The notes beneath the pieces are model-generated. The model was given only the letters and a program-made list of their open reading frames with translations. It ran no database searches and was not told the origin of the DNA. A stretch of 64,000 nt of DNA from the human T2T-CHM13v2.0 reference genome, Homo sapiens: the NCBI RefSeq assembly GCF_009914755.1, contig NC_060947.1; one strand, written 5' to 3'. Each line of letters begins with the position of its first letter. Within the stretch, counting starts at the first letter, position 1. This document shows, one piece after another, positions 15,217-32,439 of the stretch. Made by a program: the position numbers and the translations under genes.

Positions 15217-15385
15217 CTGAGGCAGTCATTTGGGCTAAGAAGAGCAGGTACACAGAGGTAGCATCCAACTGCAGGTGTCCCCATTGATCATCACCCACTA
15301 CAGTGGCACAGGTTTTGGTGTTGTACTTTGCATGGAGGCTATCCTTAGTACTCTGACTATATTTGAAGGATTCTACTTTATCCAC
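15217..15385 (-). CDS. PHKA1: PHKA1 coding exon 4 ([21 protein letters not shown]...LAQMTAS-G, 169 nt)
   Basis: Acceptor TTCTTTTCAG, donor CAG|GTCAGT; phase 0-1; contains the conserved [10 protein letters not shown] motif; ORF 15182..15385. Confidence 0.97.
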
Positions 15386-17211
15386 CTGAAAAGAACAAAA
15401 ACATTAAAAGAAGGATATACTGAAAAATCAACCCATATGCCACACTTCTGTAATACTCTAACATACATTATTGCAATGTGAAGATACACTATCTTCAGGC
15501 AATTGTGAATATTTAAAATACTCGTTACCTGTTTTTCCCTGCACTAATATAACTGGAAAGTCTGTTATTGTTGTTTTTCAATTTAGGTGATTTAATCAGA
15601 AAATAATACCAAATAGTCAAAAACAGCTCTTTCCTATTCATTGCCTCTTGTTTACTCTTCATATGGTTGCTTTGCCACACTGCACATTGTAGATAAACTG
15701 AGATTCAGAGTGCTTGAGTGAGAACAGCTTAGTAAGAGGTAACTGAATGTGAAAAGATACATTTGTTCCTGAAACTGAGGTAGAAATTTCGAAGTAAATT
15801 AGAATAAGAGGATATATTTTGAAGGAGTAATGAAAAGAGCTGCTGAGAGACACATAGAGTGAGGGAGTAAAGGTATGACAGTCTGAAAGGAAAATATCTT
15901 GGGCCCCTTCAAGCTAAGAATTGCTCAGGGAAAATCTGCCTCCCATTCTATTCAAAGTCATCCCTCTGCTCACAGAGACAGATGCATATTCTGATTGCCT
16001 CCTTTGGAAAGACTTACCAAAAACTCAAGAGAATGCAACCATCTGTCTCTCACCAACCTGTGACCTGGAAGCCCCCAGTTGTGGGGCGTTGCTTTGAGTT
16101 GTCTCAGCTTTTCTGAACTAATGTACTTCTTACATATATTGATTGATGTCTCATGTCTCTCAAAAATGTATAAAACCAAGCTGTGCCCCAACTATTTTGG
16201 GCACAGGTCCTCAGGACCTCCTGAAGCTGTGTCATGGGCGCATCTTCAACTTTGGCAAAATAAACTTGCTAAATTAACTGAGACCTGTCTCAGATTTTCA
16301 GGGTTCACATTTTGGTAACCTCAAGGTGGGGTGGATTCTGAGTGGAGATGCCCCTGACCTTTGACAAATCTCCTGTTGGTGCTTGGTACCAGCATGAGCT
16401 AACTTGATGGCTCAAACCAACAGGACAATTTGCTGAGGCCTGAGAGCACCCCCTCAACAGAATCCCTGATCTCTCAAAATTTGGTTGAGATCTAAAGCTT
16501 ATTTTGCTGTTACAACTCCTCTTTTTTTGGAGTTTTACTTGCTTCCAACACAAGGAAAGCAAGTTTTCCTGCCTCCATGTCGATGGAAGGCAGGTAACTC
16601 CTTTATGGAGTTTGAACACGCTTCTAACGGGGAAGATGAGTTTTGTTTTTGTTTTTCCTGTTTCTAGGACCGTAGAGAGCAGTCTACAGCCTGAGACCCA
16701 TCATTATGTAAGAAACTGGTTTGGGATTCTGTCTTGAAAATTCTTTTTAAATGACTGAAGTTAGCATTAACAACCAGCTGGTGTTAAATTCTGCTTACAC
16801 TTAGAGTGCTCAGAAATCATAGAATTTGTGTGATGATTGTTAGTTTAGCAGCATTTTGTCCTAGCTGAAATACAGTAATAAGATTTTAAAAGATTTTTTT
16901 TAAAAGAGCTCAATGGTTAAAAGTCGGCTTAATTAAAAGGTTAACATCCAAGATGTGTGTGTATATGTGTGCATGTGGGCATGTTTGTATTTAAAAGGCC
17001 TTCATGTTTTGAGGTTGATTTTCTTTGAGAAAAAAAAACAAGGTCTCCTAAGACCTTGTCTTTTTTTTGAGCAAAAGTTTTTTTTTTTTTCTTCTCAGTT
17101 GACTGAATTCTGTTTTCACCTGATTTTTTGACTAAAATAGTTATCGCAACAGAGGCTACACTTGGGTTTTTAAGGAAGACACTCAGAAATGTCTTTGTTT
17201 AAAAAAATTTT

Positions 17212-17590
<379 letters not shown>

Positions 17591-18734
17591 CTATTTGATT
17601 TCACCTGAACTGTTTCCTTCAATGTGCAAATTTAAAGCTGTTTAGCTGACAACTGTGTAGGGTTGTGAAACAGGTTATCAAGAATATGAAAATCTAAGAA
17701 AAAAAAAAGAGGGGGTCTTTATAAATCCATTGGCATGCCTAATGTGTCCTTATATGTAATTATGTGTTGTGTACACACTGTTTCACTACTAAACATATAT
17801 AAGAGATCTAATTAATTGGCTTAAAGAAAAATAAAAGCATTTAAATCAGATACTAAAAAAGAATTGTCAAATGCTTTTTGAAGTTTATGTAACTTAAGTA
17901 AAATCTGTAATAAATAAGCTAGTTTTAAAATTATTTGGTAAAGTAACATTAGAAATGTCTTAAGATTTGCCAGTATACATTCTTTTGTTTTACATTTATG
18001 AATCAAGCAATTTCATACTTATCCCTGCCAAATACTATCAGGTGTCAAAATTTGGCATAGGGGTTACAAACTATAAGCCCAGCCCAAAACAGAACGATTC
18101 TTTGCTTGTGTAATTTTTAATAAATAAGACATTGATATGGGCTTAATGAAAATAGCTGCATCTTGAATTTAGTAATATTACCGTAACTTCGAATCTTGTG
18201 GCTTTAGGCAGTATGCACAGACAATAAGGAGGTTTGTTTTGGGAAAGGACTGTTATTCTCTTTGTTTCAAAGCTAATCTATAAGCTAAATTCCTCCCAAA
18301 GTTAGTTTGGCCTATGCCCAGGAGTGAACAAGGACGGCTTGGGGCTAAGAGCAAGATGGAGTCAGTTAGGTCAAATCTTTTTTCACTGTCTCAGTCATAA
18401 TTTTCAATGGCAGTTTCATAACTTTAAATCACGACTATCACAGTTTTCATAAATAATCAGGGTAAAACAATTAAAATAATTACGTAAATGTAATAGGATA
18501 AGTACTTGCAGAAAAACTGGTCATAATTTAGGATATAAAGTTATATTAAATAATAGATATTTAATTATTTGGGTATTTTCCAATAAATATATATTGTAGG
18601 AAAACATTCTTGCTAAAAAATAAAAGGTGAACAAGTTTTGTCTAATTCAAAGCTTATTTAAAGGTTATGTATAAAACAAGGTAAAAACAACCAGGAAACA
18701 AAAGGAGATGTAAAGAAAGTTATAAGAATAAAGA

Positions 18735-19076
<342 letters not shown>

Positions 19077-20947
19077 TTATTATTAAGTTTTGGTTTTGCT
19101 TAGGAAAAAAACTGAGATTAACAAAAAAAAATTTTTTTAAACTAAGGTTATTACATCCATGTATCTTCCTATATGGGCTTTTAAAGTCCTTGTGACATTG
19201 AGTTAGAGGGCTTTAACTCCTGGGTCTAAAAAGGACATCAAGTCCTGCTAAATCTTAAACACTAACAGCAATTAAAGCCTCATCTTCAGGCCCCATGGAA
19301 GATGCCAATCAAAATAAGCTGCATTCCTGAAATACAGGGCAAAAAACAATTAAAGCTATTTGATTCCTCATGAGCCAGGGACTATCGTGGAAGAAGACAG
19401 TGCACAGATTGTAAAGGCCAATTTTTAAAGATAAAATAAGTTCAGTTTCTCTATAAATTAATCATTAGTATGAAAGGCACACTGATGCAAAACCAGTATA
19501 TGGACCCCTGTGTCAGATTAACAGGTTTTTCTTAAAGCATTAACCAACTCCTCCAACTCCTTAATAAAGGTTATAAAAGCCTTATGGAAGTTATATTTTA
19601 TAATCAAGGTTAAACTTTATAGATTGTTTACAAAATTTTGAAAAACAAATGTAATTGGCTTCATGCTGTTTTTATTAGGGCTTCTTGTTTAGAAAATTAA
19701 GTCTCTTCTCTCAAAGAATTAAGGTTTTCACTTTTTTTGAAGTCCTTGAATTATCACTTTGGTTAAACAATGACCTGTAATATTCTTTTGTAATATCAAG
19801 CATTTCAAACTTTTATATTTGACAAATTTTCCAAAATCAAATTATAAATTATGTCTTTTTCTAACCTAATTAATCCTTTAAGACATTAGGTTCCCTGAAG
19901 TCCAAAAATGTCATAATTTGGCTTATTTGGTATAAAAATTATACAGGAAGCACTGTCAAATATGAAATGTTGTTTGGTTTTCTTTGGGCTGTATTTGTAT
20001 AAATATGTTATTGGTATGTGTTCCAAAATTATGAGAAACTCCTGAAATTCTGATATAACTTAGTGTACATTATCAGTAATATTCCTAATTGTTATGTTAA
20101 AATTATTGTGTGCCACAGAGGTAACAAATTTCTTTGTCAATTGTGTCTTTTGATTATGGCTGCCTTAAAACTTTTTTTTCATCCATGGACAATTGTTGTC
20201 TTGTTTTGGTCCTTTTTAGAAGACGGTTTTATAATCAGCTATAAAATTCCAATAGGTGCTCTTAAATGCAGGTTTCTGATAACTTTTGAAGATTGTGACA
20301 TCAGAATAGAGGAAAAATTTCCAGGACTCATGGAGAACTAAAATGTTCATGAATATCAAGCAGAACAAGAAATAACTGCATGGACTGAACTAATTTTTTG
20401 GACTTTTTGCTTAAAATGTTTGCTGATCCTTTGTTTTGTTTTTCAGATACTTAAAACTTTTCTTTTGAGCTACTGACAGCTTTTAACAATTTAGTATACT
20501 GCCATAAAAAAGATTTGGAGCATATTTATTTCTCTCTACCTGATTTTCTCTAGAATTTGGAAACTATTTGTGAGTATTCTTAACTTATGGCAATACAGTT
20601 ATTTGCGTAAGTGCAATAAGAATCTGTTTTCATTTGTAACGGGACACAGTTGGAGAAACTGGTAATTTTACCAAGGCTTTGACTGGAATGGTGTGCTTTC
20701 CTTTAAAGAATCAAACTTGACTTGTGAAGCCAATAAAGCCCTTGGAAAAACTGGCCTCATATTTCATGTACACAGACCACATATAGGGTTTCTGACCCTT
20801 GGTAAGTAAAGAATGTCACTTTCCGACAGGCACAGAAGCCTCAGGTTTATCTTGGAACCCCAAGAGGAGGAGAAATTCAAACAACTCATAGATATTTGAT
20901 GGCATAAATTCATGGCTGGGCTCGGCTTTCAAGAAGTCTTAACTAAT

Positions 20948-21292
<345 letters not shown>

Positions 21293-21675
21293 CTATGTAA
21301 AAAATAATTATTCTTGCTGCACTGTATACAAATAATTAGGCCAAGTATAATAAGCAAACCAGTCCTACCATGATTTGTCTTTAGTAAAAGGGGAAACCGG
21401 AGAGAGAAAAAATTATATTTCAAAACGATAGGACACCCATTGTTAGATTCTAGTCTTGCCTAATTTTTGTTTCAATTTTTATTAGTTTCTACAGTTTGGA
21501 TGGAATTCTAATTTTTTTTGGCTACAAGTCTTCAAAATAATGTTTTCAACTTTTTCCTTCCTTTTTTTCCCCCATTTTTCCTAATTTGGAGTCCCTGAAA
21601 ACTCAGCTGTGCTTTCTTAAAACCCTGGGAACTGAAGCCAGACAACTCAAACTTCAGAAAAAAATAACAGTAATT

Positions 21676-21962
<287 letters not shown>

Positions 21963-22905
21963 AACAACAGTAACCTATTTACATTCATAAGCCACTTTCA
22001 TACCTGCCTAATAATGTATGGACTTCAGAGTAATAGGGCCTATACTGATTTTTCCAGGATTGTTCTTTTGTTTGTTATTGTTTTTTCTCCCTTACCTCCC
22101 CCCATTTTCTCTTCACAGGATATGAGACTTCACAACCTGCTAAAAATGAGCTTTTGGGACCTACCCATCTAGAAATAAACTGTCCTACTCATGAGAGATC
22201 AGGCGAAACCTGAGATCAGAGATTCATTTTCTTGTAAAATGCTTTCTCCAAAAGATTTGAAAAAACAAAGGTGGGGGGATGTGAAAGGAAAATAACTTGG
22301 GCCCCTACAAGCTGGGAACTGGTCAGGGAAAATCCGCCTCCCATTCTATTCAAAGTCATCCCTCTGATCACAGAGATAGATGCATATTCTGATTGCCTCC
22401 TTTGGAAAGACTTATCAGAAACTCAAGAGAATGCAACCATCTGTCTCTTACCTACCTGTGACCTGGAAGCCCATAGTGGAGGGAGGCCTTGCTTTCAGTT
22501 GTCTCACCCTTTCTGGATGGAACTAATATACTATACTTCTTACATATATTGATTGATGTCTCATGTCTCCCTAAAATGTATAAAACTAAGTTGTGCCCCA
22601 ATCACCCTGGGCACATGTCTTCAAGACCTCCTGAGGCTGTGTCATGGGTGGGTCCTCAACCTTGGCAAAATAAACTTTCTAAATTAACTGAGATCTGTCT
22701 CAGATTTCCTGGGTTCAAAACAGAAAGCTAAAACTAGAAGTCAGAAGGGAAATATTGTGCAAAGGACAACTGAAAGACTTAGTTCCTGAAATTTAAATTT
22801 GATAATTAATGCCTCTGATGTATGACAGTAACCGTTATACCTTAAATTTGGTTCCTGAAATTAGTGACCTTAAACCTATTTGGTAAGGTAAAAAGTTCAA
22901 ATATT

Positions 22906-23206
22906 GGCCAGGCAAGGTGGCTCATGCCTATAATCCTGGCATTTTAGGAGGCCAAGGTGGGAGGATCGCTTGAGCCCAGGAGTTTGAGACCAGCCTGGGC
23001 AACATAGTGAGATTCCATCCCTACAAAAAAAAATTTTTAATTAGCAAGGCATGGTGGTGCACACCTGTAGTCCCAGTGATGCGGGAGGCTGAGGTGGGGG
23101 GATCACTTGAGCCCAGAGGCCAAGGCTGCAGTGAGTGAGCTATGATCATATCACTGCACTCCAGCCTGAGCGACAAAGTGAGACCCCTATCTAAAAAGAA
23201 AAAAAC
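22906..23206 (+). mobile_element. Alu (AluJ)
   Basis: Full Alu with TSD AAAGT(T/G)CAAATAT on both sides. Confidence 0.9.
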
Positions 23207-23734
23207 GAAAGTGCAAATATCTAAAATACAAAATAAAGTAGCAAAGACTTTCTATCTATCATATATTTCTATGTACTACTTTCTATCTACTATATATTTC
23301 CTTCTACTATAGACTTCTGTGCCTGTAGGCAGTCACTTTAGCAATCCGGGCCTCAATTTCTTCTTCTAATAAAACACAATCTTGATCTTCAGAAAAGACA
23401 GGTAAGATTGAGTGTGGGCAAAATGCTTTAAGATCTCCTAGGATAAAACAATTTTTTAAAGTAAAAACACTCTTGTATGCAAAAATATCACAAACAAGCC
23501 TCAAAAATAAATGATAGACTGCTAAAAAATTCGCAATGCATATGACAAAGGACTAATGTCTATAATGTACAATAACTTTTCAACAGGCAGGAAAGAGAAC
23601 CTAGATGATAGGCAAAGGACTTAGCAGACAATTCATCCATGAGGAAATGCAAATTTTCAATCTACACATAAAAGGATGCTCAACTTCACTGGAGGTCAGG
23701 AAAATGCAAATTACTGCAAGGAGATGCAAATTCA

Positions 23735-24424
23735 AGGTTTCTTATCTCCAATCTTAAAATCTGAAACACTTTGAAAAGGCTTTTCCCCTAAATTTTGCAT
23801 TAAAATTCATTTGTTGGCAACACCAGATTCAAATTAAGTCTTTATTTATTCTACTTAGTATGAAATTGCATGTTTCCCTACAGAGATATTAATGTTTCTG
23901 ATTATAGAGTGCTGTTCTAGACCCGCAGAAGGCATAAGGTAATATATGGTGTATATATACCATACACCATATAATTAAAGGTTGGCAGGAGTATGCACTG
24001 TACTGCCTTTTTAAAATCTGAAAAACTTTAAATTCTAAAGTTGATGGCCCCAAGGGTTTCAAATGAGGGTTTTGTGTATGTGCATGTGTGTGTGTGTGTG
24101 TGCATTTTGTTTACTTGTTTTTGAGACTGGGTTTCAGGCTGGAGTGCAGTGGCACCATCTTGGCTCACTGCAGCCTTGACCTCCCAGGCTCAAGTGATCC
24201 TCCCACTTCACCCCCGCTAACCCCAAGTAGCTGGGACTACAGGAACACACAACCATGCGCGGCTAATTTTTATATTTTTTGTAGAGACAACGCTTCGCCA
24301 TGTTGCCCAGGCTGGTCTCGAACTTATGGACTCAAGCAATCCATCCGCCTTGGCCTCCCAGAATGCCGGGATTACAGGCATGAGCCACCAGTGCCTGGTC
24401 AAATGAGGGTTTTTAAACCTGTAT
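23735..24424. mobile_element. Tigger-type DNA transposon fossil (MER46-like) interrupted by AluJ
   Basis: Decayed Tigger-like terminal sequence ...GGCCCCAAGGGTTTCAAATGAGGG...AAACCTGTA; family assignment tentative. Confidence 0.4.
24074..24400 (-). mobile_element. Alu (AluJ) whose tail has become a (TG)n microsatellite
   Basis: TSD AAATGAGGGTTTT at 24061-24073 and 24401-24413 encloses both the (TG)n and the Alu body. Confidence 0.9.
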
Positions 24425-24706
24425 CATCTTTTCACCCTACATACACAATTGCATGTACAGTAATGATGAAACACATTGAAAATCATTTGTAGAGGGTCAA
24501 AAAAGACTGGAAAGAAACATTCCAGTGGTAATTACATTGTGAGATTATGGGTGACATTATCCCTCTCCAATTTTCAAAATTTTCTAAAATTAGTGTGTAC
24601 TATTTGTGAAACTGAAAGAAAATATAAGCTATAAACATTCCCTAAAGGGTAGAGATACTATTACAATGTGCTTTTATTAGAGAGGAAGGTGTTATCAATA
24701 CCATAC

Positions 24707-24754
24707 CTGTCTGATCATGCAGTGCAGTAGTCCTCTCATCAGCTTCACTACACT
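24707..24754 (-). CDS. PHKA1: PHKA1 coding exon 3 (SVVKLMRGLLHCMIRQ, 48 nt)
   Basis: Acceptor TTTCTGCAG, donor CAG|GTATGG; translation bridges exons 2 and 4 exactly; too short to appear in the ORF track. Confidence 0.96.
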
Positions 24755-27137
24755 CTGCAGAAATAAATGGAAACAAGACAGTTATAAACATCCCTAGATA
24801 CAGGAACACTTACTCAGCAACTGCAGATGGTACATGACCTTTTGAGAACAAGTAACCCTATCCTGTGTTCCTATTTACATGACATTTACTTTATTGGTAC
24901 ACAGAAGAGCAGATTACAGCTAAAAGTGGAATCAAAAGCTACACTTTATGATTCCTTCAAGTCAAAAAAATCATCCAAGCTTCAACTGGTTTATGTAAAA
25001 ATAAGCCAACCATCCTATTAGAGGACATTCCACCTGGAGAAAGGGGCAAGTCAGCTCAAAAATCCTAAGGCTCTGAGGATATTCTAAAATACATCCTATG
25101 GCCTAGAAAGACTTCACTACAACATTGCTTTCATTTTTTCTAAGCTAGCCAAGACTTATCTTCAAGAGTCCACAGAAATATTTATCTGGACATGTCCTCT
25201 AAAGAATAAAGTGAATTTTAATAAAGAATAAGTATAAAGGGGATCTGTTCATTTGACTCAACCCGTTTTCCTTGAAAGAAAGTCACAAATTCTTAAGTTT
25301 CAAGTCATCACTATTTCTCTTACTGGGGCTTGATAATTTAAAGTAGTTTGTTTTCCAATCATAACATCTCAAAATTCTGATCACCAACTATATACTACAT
25401 GACACTAAAGGGCCCATCAATCGTGGCATGGGTAGAAATGTGTTTTGGAAGAACATAGCACTGAACAGTTTCTCTATTTCTCCAAAAAGCTTTCTGTTTC
25501 ACAGTCCAAAAGAAATCCAACCAGGTTACTCCAGGGTATGCTGGCTCAGAGGTAACTTCAGGACACCTCTGAAAACTAATCTACTTGGAAGCCACATGAT
25601 TCTGTTATTTCTTCAAAACATATTCAAATGGGACTACAAGCAATAGTCATGATAAGGATAAGTACCTATTAAGTTCCAACTCTTTATGAAGCCTTTTATT
25701 GAGGGAAAAATAAGAATAAAAATGGTTTCTGTGGGAGAGTCCCCTTTCTTAAGTCATTTCTGTCTATAAATGGTCCCCTCCCCTTACAGATCAAAAGAAG
25801 AAATTTTAAAAAGAGAGAAAGAATAGGCAGTGCATGATCTTGTCACATTTTAAAGCCTGAAACATTTATTATAAAGCAAGGAAACTTACTGTAACCCCTA
25901 CAAGAAGACATCTATATGACTTTGATGCTAATGAAAGAGTCCATCTCTTTAATATACCTGTTATGGAAAGTATTTAACACAACCTCTTCTGTGGGGAAAC
26001 TTTATTCAATTCTGATACATGTCACCACATACTCAAAGGTTTCTACCATATTCTGTCTTTTCTAAAAGTCAATGAATTAGAATGGGAAGCAGAGGGAGGG
26101 GCTTGAATAGTCTTGTCTTTATATCAATGGCCTAAAGGAACTCATTTTAAAAAAACATATTAAGGGCCTCTAGTCGACCAATATAGAACTCAGCATTTAT
26201 ACTATTCTGTAAGAATCCTGGGCTCATGTCATTGGCTTCTTCACTATTTTACTGCCTTAGTCATCTTTTCTCTTGCAAACCCATCAACTCCCTTTACCCT
26301 CTAGCCCCACTACTCCCATCTAAATTTTCTTTAAACAGCAAATCTGGGGAATCAAGGACTCAGTGGAGGATCTCAATTAGTGGCCATTGTCAGCCATTTC
26401 TATCCTCAAGTTCTAATTTCCAAGGCAAGATAAAATTAGTAGGAAGTATCGGGAGGTAGGAATGATGGGAGGTATCTGTACTCTGTGTTCCCCAAACTAA
26501 CTGTTTTCTGATCCAGGTGTGCTAGATGGCATTAATTATACATGTACATTCATACATCAGGGCTTCTACCCCATACCAAGTGACTCTCCCTCTTGCCTAT
26601 TCTTTTTGACGACATAAATCAATATATATCTGTGAACTGACTTTATAAGAATATATAACTACACAACCATATCTGTGTACCTCTTTCTCTCTACCCCCAG
26701 GTATATGTGCAATCAGATATTTATTGAACCTCTATCAGGTTTTGTAGAACATAAAGAAAAGGGAAATGGGACAGATATGTTTTAAAAACTAACTACAGCA
26801 TAGTCTACCCAGCATTTCCTAATTATCCTTTAAAACCCAACTCCTCTCTGAAGTCTTCCTTGCCTCGTCCCAAAGAAGTTTAGACATTCCCACCTCTGTG
26901 TGTTCCCACAGAGCTTAGTAGTTATCTCAAATATATAAATCAGTACCTATAGTACCTATCTTAATGTACTGTAACTACTTGCTTATATATCTGTCTCCCC
27001 CATCAGACAATGAACTCCCTGAGAAAAAGGGGCAGAGGCCAGGTTCAGAAAAAGACCTTCAAGTCAATGGACGAAGGAAGTTGAATTAAAAAACAAACTC
27101 ATGTCTGCAAGTAACTCTCAAAAGGCTTATCAAAAAA

Positions 27138-27139
<2 letters not shown>

Positions 27140-27176
<37 letters not shown>
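27140..27176. repeat. (TG)18 microsatellite
   Basis: Uninterrupted dinucleotide run. Confidence 0.95.
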
Positions 27177-27177
<1 letters not shown>

Positions 27178-29124
27178 AGGGGTGGGTACGCAAATATGAC
27201 AAAGTGTTAACAACTAGCGAATTTAGATAGAGTATATGCAAATATGTTTATTTTACTATTCTTGCAACTTTCCTGTAAGTTTGAAATTTTCCATAAAAAA
27301 AAGTTGAGGGTTACATATAAACATTTTGTACCATTTTCTTTTTAACATCTATTATAGGGCCTGGCACATGATGATTACACAGTCTTTTAAATTTAAAAAA
27401 ATGAAGATGTTGAATGGCACAGATGGTAAGTGATCTAGAAGTTCCAAGAAAGGAGTCCTGAGAAAGAAGTGATCACTGTACAAGTGAGTGGTCTGTGAGG
27501 AAGGACAGGGACCACAGAAAAAGTGGGATTGGTGCTAGGCTTTCAAAGGATATTAGTTTAGATTGAAAGGGAATAGGCAGGTAGAAGAAGAAGCCCATAA
27601 AAATTTTTGCAGGTGGCAATGTCTATGGCTCCCACGGAGGCAAAAATTCAAACAATACTGATTCCGAAGTCATAAGACCCAGGTTGCATTCATGGTACCA
27701 TCAAATTCCAGCTTCATCTCTGGGCCTCAGTCCCTTCACTTGGAAATTGAGGATAATACTTGATTCACAGGGTATTGTGAGAATAAAATACTGGTAATTA
27801 TGGGGAAGTGTGTTGTACAATGGAAAGTATTTATACAAATGTTAGGTATTTTTATTAAGGGATTAGAGGAGTAATAAAGACATCAGCCTGGCTGGAACTG
27901 GGGGTATAATGGAGGGCACCAGCGTGATATAATATTGAAAAAAATAAGCTGGGACCAACCCATAGAGGGCCTTGTCTATCAATCCAAAATGTTTCGACTT
28001 TACTTGTGGAGAAATGAGGGCCACAGAAAGATTGTCGAGGATGGAAATAACATAATTTAAATGTGGTTTTCACAGAAGTGTTAGGAAATAAGGGCTTAGA
28101 CTAAGGTTGAGGCAGAAGGGAAGAGAAAAGAGGGGATAGATTCAAGAGAAATTATATGAATCAACAGACTGGTGTGCATGCATCAAAAGGTAAGAGGGAG
28201 AAGTCAAAAATCATTCTAAGGTTAAGTAGCACACTTCAAGCACTGTTTTATAGAGTGCTAGTCTAAGAGATTCTGGAAAGGCTATAAAATTCACTCCCAT
28301 CTTAGACAAAATATGCACATTAGTACATCAAAGGCTCTGAGAAATTATGGAGTAAAGACACATGCTCTTTAACATAGTCCCAAACTTAGTTGGCCTAGTA
28401 TTCCACAGAACATACTATGGGAAATACTCCAAGTAATATTGCCTGGGTGGTTGGTAGAATGGAGACAGTAATAACAGAAAAAGAGATTGTTGATGAGTTT
28501 CCATTGTTTTGTAGTTTGTTTTTAGTTGGAAAGGTGGGGTTTCAGACACATTGAGTTTGAGGAGCCACAGTATATGCAGATGAAACTGATGAGGTGACAA
28601 ATGAAAACCTAGGTTTAAAATTGAAGTGAGGTCAGAGATGAAGACTCAGAAGTCATTCTCATAAAGGTAATAGTTAAAGTCATGAGAAAAAATGAATGAC
28701 CACACAAAAAGAACAAAACTTAGCACAAAGAACTGGAGTGAGGCCCAGAGATGAAGCTGAAATTTGATGGTACCATGAATGCAAAGAGATATCCCTATTT
28801 GTGTGCCTATATTTCTATGGGTATGAGACTGTATCTATATACCTTAGAGAAAGACATTTGTAAAAACATACATGTGCATAATTCTACTCTCAATCTAGGA
28901 TGCAGTAGTTGCCTAAACCCTTGTCCTCTTTTCTTCCAGAATTCTCTTCAATTCTCTGACATTATTTCTCAGAAAGAAACCAAGGTAAGAATTGGAAGGA
29001 AGGGTAGAAATAATTAACAATCAATGTTTTGGGAAAATCCACACAGTAATAGAAAGTTGCAGTAGGTGGGAATTTAATCTATGAATTTATTGGATTTAAT
29101 CTATGTTCATATTTTGCCATAACT

Positions 29125-29615
<491 letters not shown>

Positions 29616-29694
29616 ATCAGGGACAAATCTAGCCCATTGCTATTTTTATGAATTAAGTTTTATTCAAACATAACTATACTCATTCTTTATATAC

Positions 29695-29932
29695 AGGGGA
29701 CCCCTGAACAACATAAGTTTGAACTGTGCAGGTCCACTTATATGTGGCTTTTTTCCAACCAAACACGGATCAAAAATACAGGATTCAGGGGTGAGAAACC
29801 CATGTATATGGAAGGCTGACTTTTCTTATAGATGGGTTCCACAGAGCTGACTGCAGAATTTGAGTATGCAGAGATTTGGTTATAAGCAGCCTGTACTGGA
29901 ATCCATCCTGCACATATACTGAGGGATGACTG
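29695..29932. mobile_element. MER8-like Tigger MITE nested in a MER58-like hAT fossil (about 29620-30010)
   Basis: CAGGGGACCCCTGAACAAC...GAGGGATGACTG of about 240 bp at a TA site; MER58-like sequence resumes on both sides. Confidence 0.6.
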
Positions 29933-30273
29933 CATTGTCTCTGGCTGCATTTGCACCACAATCACAGAGCTGAGTAGTTAGATAGAGACCACATGTGACC
30001 TACAACCCTAATGACAAAAAAAGATATGATTTTCTGGTCCTTGATTAACACTGAATCAGGTTTGAGAAAAAAATTGAGACCTAATAATAAAAACCTGTTG
30101 CAATTAATAAGGAAAGTTCATATAAATTTAAAAATTCCCACAAAATCTTTTCTTTTTGAAAGATGTTTCCCATTGCTATAATGTTTTGAAACATTCCTAA
30201 TTACTATTAAGGTGGTATGAAAGGTATTTTTTGGCTATGTGAAAAATTATTTAATGGAATATTAAAATTTTAG

Positions 30274-30662
<389 letters not shown>

Positions 30663-30964
30663 TGTTAAATTCTTTATAACTGGGCCAAATAAGAAAAAGT
30701 GTTAACATTACAGGGAGATAACAGATTTCTTCTAATAGAATTGAAAAAATTGGTCAAATTGTACCAGATATGAAATTCCAATTCTACTGATATTAATTTC
30801 TAGTAAAAATAGCAACAAACAAAACACTGAGCTCAAACTAGAAAACGTTGAGTAGGATGTAGGATTTGGGGGAGGGGAGTGGGCAGGATTACAGGTGAAT
30901 TTTTTTAAACACTCTTCTATATTTTCCAAATTTCTACAATGGTATTTTTATAAAAGTCATAAAA

Positions 30965-31343
<379 letters not shown>

Positions 31344-32280
31344 TCAATAATGGCTTGAAAGAACAACAAATGCCTGCTGTTGCTAAGGACAACACAGTGC
31401 AACCCCACATTATATTGATACTCGTAAAATAACCAAATATCAATATTCTGATTTATAGATGAAGACTGGAGCTCAGATTGCCTAAGTCTTGGAGAGACCA
31501 CTGGAGAAAATGGCTGGTATAGAGAGAATTTTTCCCACTAATGGAAATGAATGCACATGCATCTTATAACTGACAACAGAGTACTTCAACTCCCACCATA
31601 GCCCAGAATATTGTTTTCTTAATATTATTTTCTTGGTCGTTGAAGAGGATGCAGCTACCTTTGCGTCTCAACAGTTCTATAAAGGATGCTGGTTTACTGA
31701 GGGGAAGTGCCTTAAAAGTTGGCTTAAAGGCATCTGCTGACTCTGACCTCATTTTGCCCAGGAGTTGGGGGAGGGAGGAAGCAACAGGCTCTGAAACAGT
31801 GGCCACAGCTATAAAAATCAACAGATAAAGTCTTTACTGTGTCTAGTCCAGAAGGTTTGCTGATTCATGTCATTTACCCTCATACAAACACCACAATTTT
31901 TAAAAATGAAATAAAATAGTAGATACCTGCTCCCAAACATTTTCTCAATGAGAATAAATACAGTGGTGACTACAAGATAGATTAACTTAGAGAGTCATGC
32001 ATTTTAGGAAAGATCCCAGGATAGGATTTTCCACTGTAACAGAACAGACTGTTCCCTCTCCCTCAAATCAGCAAGTTTCAAGTTTCCACTGCAAGAATAC
32101 CACTTCAGTACAATACAGGAAAGCTTTCTGGAATATAATTTCAGAAAGATGATGAAAGAGGGAAAGGCAAAATACAGTTCTCTTAGCTTTTGGTGGGTTT
32201 CACTTCCTTCAGTCCCCACTCTGCCCCCAACCCCCAATCACACATAGCTCCAGATCTCTTTGTATTTTTATTTTGAGTAC

Positions 32281-32439
32281 CTGCTCCAATTCATAGGCCT
32301 TTGCCTTATCCTCATCCCGGTCTGCATTCTTCCGATAGGCCAGGCCCAAACCCCACACAGCCAAGATGCTGTACACATTATCTCGGACCCAAGCATCTTT
32401 CTGATCATAGCTGGCTGGAAGCAAGCCAGTCACTGGATT
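32281..32439 (-). CDS. PHKA1: PHKA1 coding exon 2 ([24 protein letters not shown]...KAYELEQ, 159 nt)
   Basis: Acceptor TTGCAG at 32440-32445, donor CAG|GTACTC at 32280; phase 0-0, in frame with exon 1; contained in ORF 32209..32451. Confidence 0.97.
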
